DNA of 64,000 nt from Anaerolineales bacterium (GCA_026928255.1 JAIXKJ010000003.1:147833-211832); one strand, 5' to 3'; positions 37,809 through 47,876 are shown, counted from the first letter of the stretch. Made by a program: numbers and translations. The notes: generated by a model not told the origin, from the sequence alone.

Positions 37809-39920
37809 GTGCCGACTCTTCCTCCCGTTTCTCGCCGCGCGCGAACTTTGCAATGGCTGATGATCGCCATTACGGCGCTCGTCTCGTTTTTGATTTTGAT
37901 TTCGCCGCTGGGCGCAAATTCCGTCAGACAAACTTATGTCGTCGGCGAGGTAACTCAATCTACAATTCAAGCGCCGCGCGACATCGAATACGTCAGCGAG
38001 ATTCGCACCGAAGAGGCGCGGAAGGCGGCGGAGAGCGCCGTCCAGTCCGTATATAGTCAGCCCGACCCGTCCATCGCTCGCGGACAAATCGAACGCCTGC
38101 GAACTTCGCTTTTGAACATCACATCCATTCGAGACAACGACGAACTCAGCGCGGACGACATGAAGAAGAGTCTGCTGGCGTTAAGTGATTTGCGCTTAAA
38201 GCCCGAAACGGTGGACTACTTAATCGGCGTGTCCGACGCGCGATGGGAAGCGGTGCAAAGCGAAGCCGTGCGCGTGTTGGAAACGACCATGCGCCGCGCC
38301 ATTTATGAAGATAAAGTCGCCGCCGCGCAAACGGGCGTTTCTTCTTTTGTCAGTTTAATTTTCACCGAACAGCAAACTGAACTGGTAACCGAACTGGTGA
38401 TTCCCTTCGTCGTGCCGAATAGTTTTTTCAGCCAAGAGTTGACGGACGCCGCAAAGAAGTCCGCGCGCGAGGCGGTCTTGCCGATTGTTCGGACGTACAA
38501 GGAAGGCGAAACGATTGTGCCGACAGGCGAGATTATTACGCCCGCGGATATGGAAGCCTTTCAACAGTTGGGCATGATTCGACCCGGTCAGCGCTGGGAA
38601 GACCTCGCTTCGGCGGCGGCGGCGGTGGCGCTTTGCGCCGTCTTCGTGCCGATTTATTTTTATCGCAAGCCGCGCTTAATTGTGTTGAACGAGCCGAAAT
38701 ATCTTTTGTTGGTCGCCATCGTCTTTTTGGTTGTGCTGGCGGGAGCGCGCATTTTTTCCGAGCGGACTCTCGCGCCTTACGCCTACCCCATTCAAGCGGC
38801 GGGGCTTTTGTTTACGGTGTTGTTCAACGTCGAAGTCGGCATCGTCTTCTCCATCCCTTTGGCGATTCTTTCCGCGTTTGCGCTGCCCAACTCGTTGGAT
38901 TTAATTCCCTATTATTTGTTTTCGTCGCTGATCGGTTTGCTCGCGCTCGGTTCGGCGCGGCGCTTTTGGGGATTTCTGCAAGCGGGAATCGCCATCGCTT
39001 TTGCAGGCGCGGCCGCGTTGATGGCGTTTCGCATTCCGCTGATTACGTTGGATTGGCTGGGAATTTTTCAATACGGCGGCGCGACCGTCTTTGCAGGCTT
39101 TGCCTCCGCAAGCATTGCCTTGCTCTTGCAATACATTTTCGCCCAAGTGTTGGGGCTGACCACCGCGCTGCAACTGCTCGATATTTCCCGCCCCGATTTT
39201 CCGCTGTTGAAATTCTTTTTGCAAAGCGCGCCCGGCACCTACCAACATAGTTTGCAAGTCGCCAACCTCGCCGAGCAAGCCGCCGAAAAAATCGGCGCCG
39301 ACCCGTTGCTTACTCGCGTCGGCGCGTTGTTTCACGACATCGGCAAAGCGCTTAATCCAAGTTTTTTCATCGAAAATCAAGTGCAAGATCAAATTGACAC
39401 GCACACCGCCGCCGACCCCGCCGAAGTTTCCGCGACGATTATTCGCCACGTTACCGACGGCGTTTTGCTGGCGAAAAAACATCGCCTTCCGCGCCGCCTG
39501 CAAGATTTTATTTTGGAACATCACGGCACGCTGGTAACTTACTTTCAATACAATCAAGCCGTCGAAGCGGCGGACGGCGACGCCGCCAAAGTGGACATGG
39601 AAAAATTTCGTTATCCGGGTCCGCGCCCCGCTTCGCGCGAGACGGCGTTGCTCATGCTCGCCGACGCGACCGAAGCCCGCGCGCGAGCCGAACGTCCCGC
39701 CGATATGGAAGCGATTCACGGGTTAATTGCCAGCGTGATTCAAACGGCGCAGCGCAATCATCAACTCGACGACACGCTGTTGACGCTGCGCGATTTGCGG
39801 CTCATCGCCGATTCTTTCGCGGCGACGCTTCGCGGCGTTTATCATCAGCGGATTCAATATCCGAAAATTTCCGTCTCCGACCAAGACACCGCTCCGCTGG
39901 CGAAGAAAGAGACTCCATGA
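37809..39920 (+). CDS. 7TM-HD (HDIG) phosphodiesterase, PgpH family
   Basis: APGTYQHSLQV, FHDIGK, HHGT and LMLAD motifs; extracellular 7TMR-HDED region; upstream of ybeY-dgkA. Confidence 0.9.
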   Translation: MPTLPPVSRRARTLQWLMIAITALVSFLILISPLGANSVRQTYVVGEVTQSTIQAPRDIEYVSEIRTEEARKAAESAVQSVYSQPDPSIARGQIERLRTSLLNITSIRDNDELSADDMKKSLLALSDLRLKPETVDYLIGVSDARWEAVQSEAVRVLETTMRRAIYEDKVAAAQTGVSSFVSLIFTEQQTELVTELVIPFVVPNSFFSQELTDAAKKSAREAVLPIVRTYKEGETIVPTGEIITPADMEAFQQLGMIRPGQRWEDLASAAAAVALCAVFVPIYFYRKPRLIVLNEPKYLLLVAIVFLVVLAGARIFSERTLAPYAYPIQAAGLLFTVLFNVEVGIVFSIPLAILSAFALPNSLDLIPYYLFSSLIGLLALGSARRFWGFLQAGIAIAFAGAAALMAFRIPLITLDWLGIFQYGGATVFAGFASASIALLLQYIFAQVLGLTTALQLLDISRPDFPLLKFFLQSAPGTYQHSLQVANLAEQAAEKIGADPLLTRVGALFHDIGKALNPSFFIENQVQDQIDTHTAADPAEVSATIIRHVTDGVLLAKKHRLPRRLQDFILEHHGTLVTYFQYNQAVEAADGDAAKVDMEKFRYPGPRPASRETALLMLADATEARARAERPADMEAIHGLIASVIQTAQRNHQLDDTLLTLRDLRLIADSFAATLRGVYHQRIQYPKISVSDQDTAPLAKKETP

Positions 39921-40366
39921 TTCACATTGACAACCAAACCGACTTCCGCGACGCGGCGCTGTTGGAACGCGCCGCCCGCCTCGCGCTTGAAACCGTCGCC
40001 CCCGAATCCGCCGCCGCCGACCTTTCCATCCTTTTGAGCGACGACCGTCAACTTCACGAGTTGAACCTCGATTATCTCGGCGTGGACGCGCCGACCGACG
40101 TGCTTTCTTTTCCGGCGGGAGAAATTGACCCAGAGACGCAGCGCCTTTATCTTGGCGACCTTGCATTATCCGTCCCTCGCGCCGCGCAACAAGCGCAAGA
40201 GGGCGGACATAGCGTCGAAGCGGAGGCGCAATTGTTGATCGTGCACGGCGTGTTGCATTTGCTCGGTTACGATCACGATACGGACGAGAAGAAATCCGAG
40301 ATGTGGGCGCGACAAGCGGAGGTTCTGCAAAAATTGGGGCTGGCGCGCATTCAAATTCGGGAATGA
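39917..40366 (+). CDS. ybeY: rRNA maturation endoribonuclease YbeY
   Basis: PTDVLSF and HGVLHLLGYDH. Confidence 0.95.
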   Translation: MIHIDNQTDFRDAALLERAARLALETVAPESAAADLSILLSDDRQLHELNLDYLGVDAPTDVLSFPAGEIDPETQRLYLGDLALSVPRAAQQAQEGGHSVEAEAQLLIVHGVLHLLGYDHDTDEKKSEMWARQAEVLQKLGLARIQIRE

Positions 40367-40755
40367 AAAAATTTTTTATTTCGCGCGTTCGCTCGTTTCG
40401 CTATGCGTTTCAGGGCTGGGCGTACGTTTTACGCACGCAACGCAACGCTTGGATTCACAGCGTCATCGCAACGGCGATTTTCATCGTCGGCTTATGGTTG
40501 CGGATTTCTTTGCAAGAGTGGGCGATCATCGTCCTTACGACCGCCTTTGTTTTCACCGCCGAATTTTTGAACACCGCCATCGAAGCCGTTGTGGATTTGG
40601 CGACGAAGGAAAATCATCCGCTGGCGAAAGTCGGCAAGGACGTCGGCGCGGCGGCGGTTTTAGTGGCGGCGTTAGCGGCGGCGTTAATCGGCTTGCTGAT
40701 TTTAGGTCCGCCGTTGATACAAAAAATAAACGCAACTTTCAACCTTAAACCTTAA
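40363..40755 (+). CDS. dgkA: Diacylglycerol/undecaprenol kinase
   Basis: SFRYAFQG, AEFLNTAIEAVVD, KDVGAAAV; ATG at 40363 overlaps the ybeY stop. Confidence 0.92.
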   Translation: MKKFFISRVRSFRYAFQGWAYVLRTQRNAWIHSVIATAIFIVGLWLRISLQEWAIIVLTTAFVFTAEFLNTAIEAVVDLATKENHPLAKVGKDVGAAAVLVAALAAALIGLLILGPPLIQKINATFNLKP

Positions 40756-40824
40756 ACTTGTAACCCTAAACTTTCAACCTTAAACCTGCAACCTTAAACT
40801 TTCAACCTTAAATCTGTAACCTAA
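40734..40824 (+). repeat. Heptamer array (AACCTTA/AACTTTC) x13
   Basis: The first units encode the DgkA C-terminus; the array ends just before the nfo RBS. Confidence 0.85.
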
Positions 40825-40838
40825 AAATTGGAGTCCTC

Positions 40839-41693
40839 ATGCCTTTATCTTTCAAATTTGGAACAGTCGGCTCGCCGATGGGAACGCCGAAGAAACCGGG
40901 CGGCTCGGTCGGCGCGATTGAGTTTAGCAAATCTATCGGATTAGAAGCGTTTGAGTTGGGCTGGGTGCAATCGGTGCGCGTCAGCGAGGCGACGTGCGCC
41001 GCCATCCGCGCCGCCAGCGTCGAACAGGGAGTTTCGTTGAGCGTCCACGCGCCGTATTTCATCAATTTGAACGCGACCGAAGAAGAATGGTCGAAGTCGC
41101 GCAAGCGTCTGATGGACGCGGCGCATTACGGATTTTTAGCGGGCGCGACGGATATTATCTTTCATCCTGGCTCTTATTTTGGCGCCGACCCAAAAGAGGT
41201 TTTGAAAATTGCGCTTCCGCGTTTGGAAGGCTGCGTCAACGAGTTGAAAGCCAACGGCGACGCGGTAACGCTGCGCCCGGAGACGATGGGCAAATCGGCA
41301 ATGCTCGGTTCGTTGGACGACGCGCTGGCGATGTCGGCGGCGATGGAGGGCGTCGCGCCGTGTTTGGATTTTGCTCATCTGCACGCCAGACCGGGCGACG
41401 GCTCGATGAACACCTACGACGAATGGTCGGACTTGCTGAAAAAATATCAAAAGTCGCTGGGCAAAAAAGCCTTGAAAAAACTGCACATTCACCTTTCGGG
41501 AATCGCTTACGGCGCGAAAGGCGAGAAGCATCACCTGCCCTTCGCCGAAGCGGACTTTGACCTTAAGGCGCTCTTCAACGCCTTGCGCGATTTCGGCTGC
41601 GGCGGACGCATTTTGTGCGAAAGCCCGATTATGGAAGAAGACGCGCTGATGATGAAAAAACTGTGGGCGAAAATTAGCGGCGAAAAAGAATAG
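40839..41693 (+). CDS. nfo: Endonuclease IV family (AP endonuclease 2 TIM barrel)
   Basis: SVHAPYFINL, FHPG, RPETMG, CLDFAH, HIHLS, CESP. Confidence 0.85.
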   Translation: MPLSFKFGTVGSPMGTPKKPGGSVGAIEFSKSIGLEAFELGWVQSVRVSEATCAAIRAASVEQGVSLSVHAPYFINLNATEEEWSKSRKRLMDAAHYGFLAGATDIIFHPGSYFGADPKEVLKIALPRLEGCVNELKANGDAVTLRPETMGKSAMLGSLDDALAMSAAMEGVAPCLDFAHLHARPGDGSMNTYDEWSDLLKKYQKSLGKKALKKLHIHLSGIAYGAKGEKHHLPFAEADFDLKALFNALRDFGCGGRILCESPIMEEDALMMKKLWAKISGEKE

Positions 41694-41707
41694 ATGATAT
41701 AAAAAAT

Positions 41708-41740
41708 AAAAAGAGTCTCTGAACGTCAGAGACTCTTTTT
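41708..41740. terminator. Bidirectional terminator
   Basis: AAAAAGAGTCTCTG-loop-CAGAGACTCTTTTT. Confidence 0.85.
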
Positions 41741-41754
41741 GAATTGCAGAACAA

Positions 41755-43410
41755 CTACTTGCTTAAGCCCGCGTTGAGTTCGTAAGAATTGGGATCGCCC
41801 GTTTTGGCAATCAGGATATCCGTTGAGGCGTCGTAGTAGCCTTTGGCGGCGTAAACCAGCGTGAATTGCGTGTTGTATGGAATGCCCGTAATTTTATATT
41901 TTCCGCTGGCGTCTGTTTGCAGGTAAGAGACGATATAGTCCTTTGTGTACTCGGCGTTTGCCCAATCGTCGTAGGTGGTGCCTGGCGTCAGCACGAAGAC
42001 GTAGGCGCCGGGGATGGGCTTGTTGGTCGCGCTGTCATAAACGATGCCGTAAATGGTGATGGTGTCCGCGTTGGATGGCGGCGGTTGCGAACCGCCGCTT
42101 TCTCCGCCGCCGACAACCACAGGCGAGGATTGCCCGATTAATTTAACAGAATCGCCCGCGTACAGTTCGAGGCGGTATTTTCCGGCGGGCATGGCGTCTC
42201 CGCCGTTGGTTAAGGCGGTGACGGCTAAACCGTTTTCTTTGGCGTCCCAGGCGTAATTAAATTCTCCAATTTTTTCGTTCCCGTTGTACCAGCGCTCCAT
42301 AATGGGTTCGCCGGGCGTCATGCCGCTGTAATCGAACCCAGCCACAATGCACAGCGCGGACGAGTCGTAGGCGTTGACGTTCTGTTCGAGGAAATCGCAT
42401 TGTTGAGAAGCAGCGTTGGAAGTGTCCATCCAGACAAAATTTGTCGCGGATTCGTTTCCGCTGCCGGGGTTGGTCGCAACATTTGAGCCTGGCAGATAAT
42501 AGGGACTGGTATATTGCTTGCCGTTCACCGCCGCGTCTATCAGCGCTTGGGCGAGTTTGATCGGGCGAATGCCGTTGAGAAATCCGCCGATAGGAACGCA
42601 ACTGTCGTTTTGATCTACGCGCCCGTCGCCGTTGGTGTCTTGCACGACGCGACAGTCGGAGGTGTCGGTGTCGCGGCTGGCGGCGGCGATGGTTGGAACG
42701 CCGATAATGCGCCCGTTCGCGTCGGCGGCGAGACCGCCCGAATTTCCGCCGGAGATAGTCGCGTCAGTTTTAATCCAAGCGCGGTCGCCCAGTTGGTCTT
42801 CGGGCGAAAAACCGGAGACCGTGCCTTGCGTGAAGGTGATGGTGTTGCCGCCGATGGCGGGGAAGCCGAAGATGTGAATCGTGTCGCCGACGTGCACGCT
42901 GTCGGAATCGCCCCTTTGCACATAAGGCAGGTTAAGACTGCTCGTGTCGATGGGCGAGCCTTTCGCGTCCGCCGTGATTTGGATGATGGCCAAATCGAGG
43001 AATCCGTCCACGGCGACGACGCGCGCCATGTAAGACGGCACGGCGGGCTTGTCTTCGGAGAGGATCATCCCAACCATCAGCGCGTCGGGTTCGTAGTCGT
43101 CGTCGCCTTGCGAAGCGGGGCTGGCGACGTGCGCGTTCGTGAGAATCATCCCCGAAGGGGAGAGGATTGTCCCCGAGCCGACGTAGCCTTGAACGAGTTT
43201 CCCGTTTTTGTCAAACATGCCGAAAATTTGCACGGTGGCGGCGATGAGGTTAGAACTGGACGAAGCGGGCGCGTTAGACGGCGAATCGTTAGACGAAGGC
43301 TCGGCTGTCGCTTTGGGCGTTACGTTGGGCGCGCCGCCGCGGCAGGCGACCGCCGCCAAAACTAAAATGGACAGAAATCCCCAAACGGATTTAAGAAAAG
43401 TCGGTTTCAT
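41755..43410 (-). CDS. Trypsin-like (S1) serine protease lipoprotein with C-terminal carboxypeptidase-regulatory-like domain
   Basis: Lipobox AVACR; triad motifs ILTNAHV, FLDLAII, ISGGNSGG; ITIYGIVYDSATNKPIPGA; start MKPTF at 43410. Confidence 0.85.
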   Translation of the reverse strand: MKPTFLKSVWGFLSILVLAAVACRGGAPNVTPKATAEPSSNDSPSNAPASSSSNLIAATVQIFGMFDKNGKLVQGYVGSGTILSPSGMILTNAHVASPASQGDDDYEPDALMVGMILSEDKPAVPSYMARVVAVDGFLDLAIIQITADAKGSPIDTSSLNLPYVQRGDSDSVHVGDTIHIFGFPAIGGNTITFTQGTVSGFSPEDQLGDRAWIKTDATISGGNSGGLAADANGRIIGVPTIAAASRDTDTSDCRVVQDTNGDGRVDQNDSCVPIGGFLNGIRPIKLAQALIDAAVNGKQYTSPYYLPGSNVATNPGSGNESATNFVWMDTSNAASQQCDFLEQNVNAYDSSALCIVAGFDYSGMTPGEPIMERWYNGNEKIGEFNYAWDAKENGLAVTALTNGGDAMPAGKYRLELYAGDSVKLIGQSSPVVVGGGESGGSQPPPSNADTITIYGIVYDSATNKPIPGAYVFVLTPGTTYDDWANAEYTKDYIVSYLQTDASGKYKITGIPYNTQFTLVYAAKGYYDASTDILIAKTGDPNSYELNAGLSK

Positions 43411-43420
43411 GTTTCCTGCC

Positions 43421-43996
43421 TTAGAACTGGAGCGATTCAAGGAAGCGATAGAAGCGCCCTAAATCGCGGTCGTAGTTTTGATCGTCGGCTTGGAAGGAGA
43501 CGACGTAGGCGTAGCCGCCCTTCAAGTAGATGAAGTCCGCGCCGCGCACGATGTTGGGAATTGAAGCGTGAGTCGCGTCGGGGTTGGACGAGACGTAAAC
43601 GTAATGAAGCAAATAAGCGTCGCGTCCGAGGCTGTCGCTCACTTCGTTTTGGTCTAACGCTTTGAAAGCGTCCAGCGTTTGAGCGCGATCCATCAAAATG
43701 AAATTGGCGACTTCGGGCGCGGTCGCGTCGTCGGCGACGGCAATTTTTTGCACGCTGTACGTTGTGGCGAATCCGCTTGAGTTGAAGTCTGAGGCGCGGA
43801 AGATTTCATTGCCGCGAACGCTGGCTTGTATCCAGCCTTTGGGGGCGGCGAGAGAAACGCCCTGCGCTTCAAACGGAATGGAGGCGTTTTCCACGCTGGA
43901 TTTGTACATGCCGCCGAAAATCAACGCGACGAGCGTAACGAGGACGACGGTGATTTCCGCGAAGCGGTCTCCAAGAGAGCCTTGTTTGTTTGCCAT
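43421..43996 (-). CDS. Membrane-anchored PsbP/Mog1-like protein
   Basis: N-terminal transmembrane helix, SLAAPKGW motif, C-terminal AYVVSFQA...FYRFLESLQF. Confidence 0.55.
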   Translation of the reverse strand: MANKQGSLGDRFAEITVVLVTLVALIFGGMYKSSVENASIPFEAQGVSLAAPKGWIQASVRGNEIFRASDFNSSGFATTYSVQKIAVADDATAPEVANFILMDRAQTLDAFKALDQNEVSDSLGRDAYLLHYVYVSSNPDATHASIPNIVRGADFIYLKGGYAYVVSFQADDQNYDRDLGRFYRFLESLQF

Positions 43997-43997
43997 G

Positions 43998-44864
43998 TTA
44001 TTCTCCTTGCGCCGCTTTTAAGGCTTGGATATTGCGCCGCACTAAGGCGAGGACGGCGGAGGTCGTCGCCAGCGCCACGACGGCGGCGAAGACCAAACCC
44101 CACCAGGCGTTGTCTTTCGCGCCGCTGAGGGAGATGGTCGGTTGGGTTACGATTCCCAACAGCCAATTGAAGATGCCGTTGAAAATCGCCGCCAGCGTGA
44201 TGCCAGTCGGCATCCACCAAATGGATTCGGATTCAAATTTCGCGCGTCCGAGAAAGTAGCCGGTAACGCCGGCAAAAGCCGCGTGCGCCAGCGCGACGAC
44301 CGCCATGCGAATCATGCCTGCGCCCAAGTCCACGCCGCCGTTGGAGATGACGAAGTTGATGTTCAACATTGTGGCGTATCCTAACCCTGCGGCGGTGGCG
44401 TAGGTAACGCCGTCGGTCGGTTCGTCGTATTCGTCCGAGTTGTAGATGCTGTAACGGACGGCGGCATATTTCAAAAATTCTTGCGTGAAGCCGACGACGA
44501 GAATTCCGCCCAAGATGGAAGAGAGCGTGTTTGTGTAAATCCAATGCGAGACGCGGAAGAGGTTGTCCACGACGGGGATGCCGACGGCGGCGGCGAGCAA
44601 TCCGCCCAGCACAAAAACGGCGAGGACGTAGCCTTTCGGTTCGGGTTCGACGCTGTCTTGAATGTAGAAAAATGCCAGCCAGATGAAAGCGGGAACGAAG
44701 GCGAGGAAAACGCCCGTCAGCGCCAGCGTCGTTGCGTTGAAGGTCGGCTTCATGGCGTTGTCTAACGCGAAGACCAAGCCGACGAAAACGCACAAGGCGA
44801 CGACGAGGAGAAATCCGTCGCGCCAAATGTGTTTCCGTTCGTGAACAGGGTGCGATTCTTTCAT
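43998..44864 (-). CDS. PrsW family intramembrane glutamic/metalloprotease
   Basis: DSVEPEP, TQEFLK, DGVTYATAAGLGYATMLN, AH, NGIFN; true start MKESH at 44864 with AGGAG RBS. Confidence 0.85.
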   Translation of the reverse strand: MKESHPVHERKHIWRDGFLLVVALCVFVGLVFALDNAMKPTFNATTLALTGVFLAFVPAFIWLAFFYIQDSVEPEPKGYVLAVFVLGGLLAAAVGIPVVDNLFRVSHWIYTNTLSSILGGILVVGFTQEFLKYAAVRYSIYNSDEYDEPTDGVTYATAAGLGYATMLNINFVISNGGVDLGAGMIRMAVVALAHAAFAGVTGYFLGRAKFESESIWWMPTGITLAAIFNGIFNWLLGIVTQPTISLSGAKDNAWWGLVFAAVVALATTSAVLALVRRNIQALKAAQGE

Positions 44865-44891
44865 AGAAACTCTCTCCTTAATTAGATTAAA

Positions 44892-45021
44892 TTCTCTGTT
44901 GCAATGACTACAAAAAACTGTATTTTTGTCGTTGCGAGCCGCTGAAAGCGGCGAAGCAATCTCTACGATTTGCAAAAGGACTGCTTCGCTTCGCTCGCAG
45001 CGACAGTGTCGCAACAGGACA
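44892..45021. mobile_element. Second, inverted MITE copy in the prsW 5' UTR
   Basis: 44896-45017 is the near-exact reverse complement of 6942-7063; imperfect flanking direct repeat TAGATTAAA/ATGATTAAA. Confidence 0.85.
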
Positions 45022-45029
45022 ATGATTAA

Positions 45030-45073
45030 ACTATAATGAAATAAAAAGAGAAGTCAATAGTACCGAAGTCCAA
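45030..45073 (-). promoter_or_regulatory. prsW operon promoter (TTGACT-N16-TATAGT) with abutting NarL-type palindrome
   Basis: Minus strand reads TTGGAC-TTCG-GTACTA immediately followed by TTGACT. Confidence 0.5.
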
Positions 45074-45087
45074 TTGCGATTAAAGAA

Positions 45088-45111
45088 AAAACGCCTGCGA
45101 CGAGGCGTTTT
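45088..45111. terminator. Terminator downstream of the response regulator gene
   Basis: AAAACGCCT-loop-AGGCGTTTT. Confidence 0.7.
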
Positions 45112-45118
45112 GTTTTTT

Positions 45119-45775
45119 TTACGAAATATAATTTCGCAGATTATGTTCCACCGCGTAGGCGGCGGCTTCGGCGCGGTTGTTGACGTTCAACTTCGAGAGG
45201 ATGCTCGAAACGTAATTCCGCACTGTGCCTTCGCCCAAGAATAAAGTCTTGGCGATCTCGCGGTTGGTCTTGCCCTCCGAGACGAGAATCAGCACATGTT
45301 TTTCTTGCTGACTCAAATGCGCGAACGCGGAAGCCTCTTCTTCTTTGACAGCGCGGCGCACTTCCTGAAAGACGCGCTGCGTTACGGCGGGGTCGAGCAG
45401 CGCTTCGCCGCGTCCAATCGCTTCCAACGCTTTGACTAAATCTTCGCTGCCGATTTGTTTGAGGATGTAGCCCGAAGCCCCCGCGCGGATGGCGGAAAAA
45501 AGCATTTCGTCTTCCGCGTAAGAGGTGAGCATAATCACCTTAATATTCGGAAAGCGCTCGACAATTTGTTCGCAGGCTTCGATGCCCGACGTGCCGGGCA
45601 GACGAATATCCATCACGACGACATCGGGCTTGAGCGCTTCGGTTTTCTCTAACGCTTCGCGCGCCGACCCCGCCTCGCCGACGACGGAAAATTGTGGGTG
45701 TCGTTCCAATAACGATTTCAAACCCAAACGCACGACTTCGTGATCGTCCACTAGGATAATTCGCTGTTTTTTCAT
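45119..45775 (-). CDS. NarL/LuxR family response regulator
   Basis: [25 protein letters not shown]...TNREIA...[13 protein letters not shown]. Confidence 0.95.
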   Translation of the reverse strand: MKKQRIILVDDHEVVRLGLKSLLERHPQFSVVGEAGSAREALEKTEALKPDVVVMDIRLPGTSGIEACEQIVERFPNIKVIMLTSYAEDEMLFSAIRAGASGYILKQIGSEDLVKALEAIGRGEALLDPAVTQRVFQEVRRAVKEEEASAFAHLSQQEKHVLILVSEGKTNREIAKTLFLGEGTVRNYVSSILSKLNVNNRAEAAAYAVEHNLRNYIS

Positions 45776-45780
45776 AACCG

Positions 45781-46251
45781 CTATTTTAGCGCCTCTCGCC
45801 GAAATTTTTGAATGCCCGCTTCAATGTGCGCCAAGCCGCGCTCGACCCACAGTTGCAAAGTCAGCCCTTTGCCCAACGCCGCATGACGACTCAAACGCGA
45901 CCAGCCTTCCGTCGGCATAGCGCTCAAAAAGTCGCACAAATCGTTTGCGCTCGCCGAAAACTCGTCCAAGATTTTTTCCAGCGCTTCGTCGCGGTTGTAG
46001 GCTTGCGCGATCCACGAGTCAGCGTCAAAATTTTCAAAGAGCGGGTTGTCCTCCTCCCATGTGCGGCGCGCGCGCATGGCGTACACGTCGCGCAACATGC
46101 CGCGCAAAAAAAAGGCGACGCGGTGCGCCGTCCATTCGCCCGTCAGCGGCGCAAAAGGATTCTCGACGGCGGCGCACTCGTCGCGTAATTCCGCCGCCGC
46201 GCCGCGCAAACGCGCCAGCAATTTCTCGCGGTATTCCGTCAACTCTTTCAC
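45781..46251 (-). CDS. DinB-like protein
   Basis: [23 protein letters not shown] four-helix pattern. Confidence 0.7.
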   Translation of the reverse strand: MKELTEYREKLLARLRGAAAELRDECAAVENPFAPLTGEWTAHRVAFFLRGMLRDVYAMRARRTWEEDNPLFENFDADSWIAQAYNRDEALEKILDEFSASANDLCDFLSAMPTEGWSRLSRHAALGKGLTLQLWVERGLAHIEAGIQKFRREALK

Positions 46252-46826
46252 GCTTCCTCCAACGCCTTCAGCGCCTCGTCAAAATTTGCGGCGGAAAAAA
46301 CTTGAATGGTCGGATTCAGTTCTCGCGCCAGTTGACGGGTCAACTCGTCCAATCCTGCCTTGCTGATAAAGTACGCGCCCGCCTCTTTCGACCTTTCGGC
46401 GTTTCCGGCAATTAGGTTGACGATTACGCCCGAGCCTTTTTCGCGCATGACGCGCCCCGCCGTTTGCGCCAGCAAAAACGCGCCCGTCAAGTTGACATCC
46501 AACACGCGATGCCAATCCCACTCGTCCATATTCAGCAGCGGCGAACTGGGCGCAACGGCGGCGTGGTTGACCAAAACGTCCACGCCGCCGAAATCGTCTT
46601 CCACGCTTTTGACGACCGCTTGCGCCCCGACCTTCTTCGCCACGTCCTCGACGTAGGCGCGGGCGCGTCCGCCTTTGGCGCAAATGCGCTCGACGACTTC
46701 CTCGACGTTGATCGGCGAAATATCGTTGGCGGCGACAATCGCCCCGCGCGCCGCCGCTTCTTCCGCCAGTTGCCGCCCAATTCCTTTGCCCGCGCCGCTA
46801 ATCAAAATTACTTTATCTTTAAGCAT
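46248..46826 (-). CDS. SDR family oxidoreductase (short C-terminus)
   Basis: SGAGKGIG, DVLVNHAA, YFISK. Confidence 0.85.
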   Translation of the reverse strand: MLKDKVILISGAGKGIGRQLAEEAAARGAIVAANDISPINVEEVVERICAKGGRARAYVEDVAKKVGAQAVVKSVEDDFGGVDVLVNHAAVAPSSPLLNMDEWDWHRVLDVNLTGAFLLAQTAGRVMREKGSGVIVNLIAGNAERSKEAGAYFISKAGLDELTRQLARELNPTIQVFSAANFDEALKALEEA

Positions 46827-46918
46827 GAGTCCCTTTCGATGGATTTCAAAAAATTATTTGCCTATTGTTCACGTCATAAATCTTACCCAACTGCAAGAGA
46901 ATATTTACACTCTCACAC

Positions 46919-47173
46919 CTTCGCGCCATTCGTTCCTTTCGCGTCATTCGCGTCAAAGATTTCACCTAACCGCAAGAGAACGTTTATCTTCACACCTTCG
47001 CGCCATTCGTTCCTTTCGCACCATTCGCGTCAATGTTTATCTTCACCTTCGCGCCATTCGCTTCTTTCGCGTCATTCGCGTCAAAGATTTTACCTAACCG
47101 CAAGAGAACGTTTGTATCTTTACAACTTCGCGCCATTCGTTTCTTTCGCGTCATTCGCGTCAAAGATTTTACC
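46919..47173. repeat. Four-copy array of a 36-nt nonamer-built core CTTCGCGCCATTCGTTCCTTTCGCGTCATTCGCGTC
   Basis: Cores start at 46919, 46996, 47047 and 47126; intervening segments are similar to each other. Confidence 0.85.
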
Positions 47174-47876
47174 TTTCGCACACGGGAATCGTATCCTTAT
47201 TTTCGTCAGCGTTCAAGCGCATTCCAAAATAGGGGCTAGGGTCGTAAGTGTTGCGGATGTCCAATTCGTTAGTGTAGTTCCCTTCGCCGTCATCCTTGAC
47301 GACAGAAACGTGCAAATGCACGCCGACGGGGTTGGCGGGGTTGCCCGAATAATTTCCCATATAACCGAGAAAAGTTCCCGCTTCGATGTAAACCTCTTTT
47401 GTGCCCGGCGGAAATTCGGGCGAGATGAACGAGTTTCCGTTGCGGTCTGCCATATGCGTGTAGTAAACCCAAACTTGACGCGACGGGTCGAGCGGGTCCT
47501 TCGGCGCGCGGACGATGACGCTGGAAACCCAGTCCGCTTCGCGGGTGAGGTAGCCCGCGTAAGTGGCGTAATTGGGCGTAGTGCCCGCGTCCGCGCCGCT
47601 GAAGATGTCGATTCCCGCGTGATGATGGCCCGGGCGAAACGAGTCGTTCCAGAGGAAGCCAACCATGCCGTCGGCGGGGAAGGCGAAGGGCGCGTCGCCG
47701 CAGACTGAACCGCGCGCGATTTTCAGTTCGGGGCGCGAGTCGGGATTCCGCAACCAAGCGAGGACTTGCGCCGTCCGCGCCGAAGTTCGTCCGCGCAGGA
47801 AGGTTGTGGCGAGTAAAATTCCGCCGACGAGCAGAACGCCGCAAAGGGCGAAGACGACCATCCATTTTTTTTGCAC
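47169..47876 (-). CDS. M23 family peptidase, membrane-anchored
   Basis: HAGIDI (HxxxD), YYTHM, VHLH (HxH); N-terminal hydrophobic anchor; GTG start. Confidence 0.88.
   Translation of the reverse strand: MQKKWMVVFALCGVLLVGGILLATTFLRGRTSARTAQVLAWLRNPDSRPELKIARGSVCGDAPFAFPADGMVGFLWNDSFRPGHHHAGIDIFSGADAGTTPNYATYAGYLTREADWVSSVIVRAPKDPLDPSRQVWVYYTHMADRNGNSFISPEFPPGTKEVYIEAGTFLGYMGNYSGNPANPVGVHLHVSVVKDDGEGNYTNELDIRNTYDPSPYFGMRLNADENKDTIPVCER

Noticed and set aside
37809-40755. pgpH-ybeY-dgkA cluster as a new system
   Set aside because: This gene order is well known.
44865-45014. N-terminal extension of PrsW shown in the ORF track
   Set aside because: It is an open frame through the MITE; the real start with RBS is at 44864. 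ORFs 6709-7068, 6838-7101 and 6945-7193 are likewise MITE-derived.
46248-46826. SDR as a pseudogene
   Set aside because: It is short, but the catalytic motifs are intact and its stop overlaps the next start codon, indicating maintained coupling.
46919-47173. CRISPR array
   Set aside because: Spacers resemble each other, periods are irregular, the repeat is built of nonamers, and no cas genes are present.
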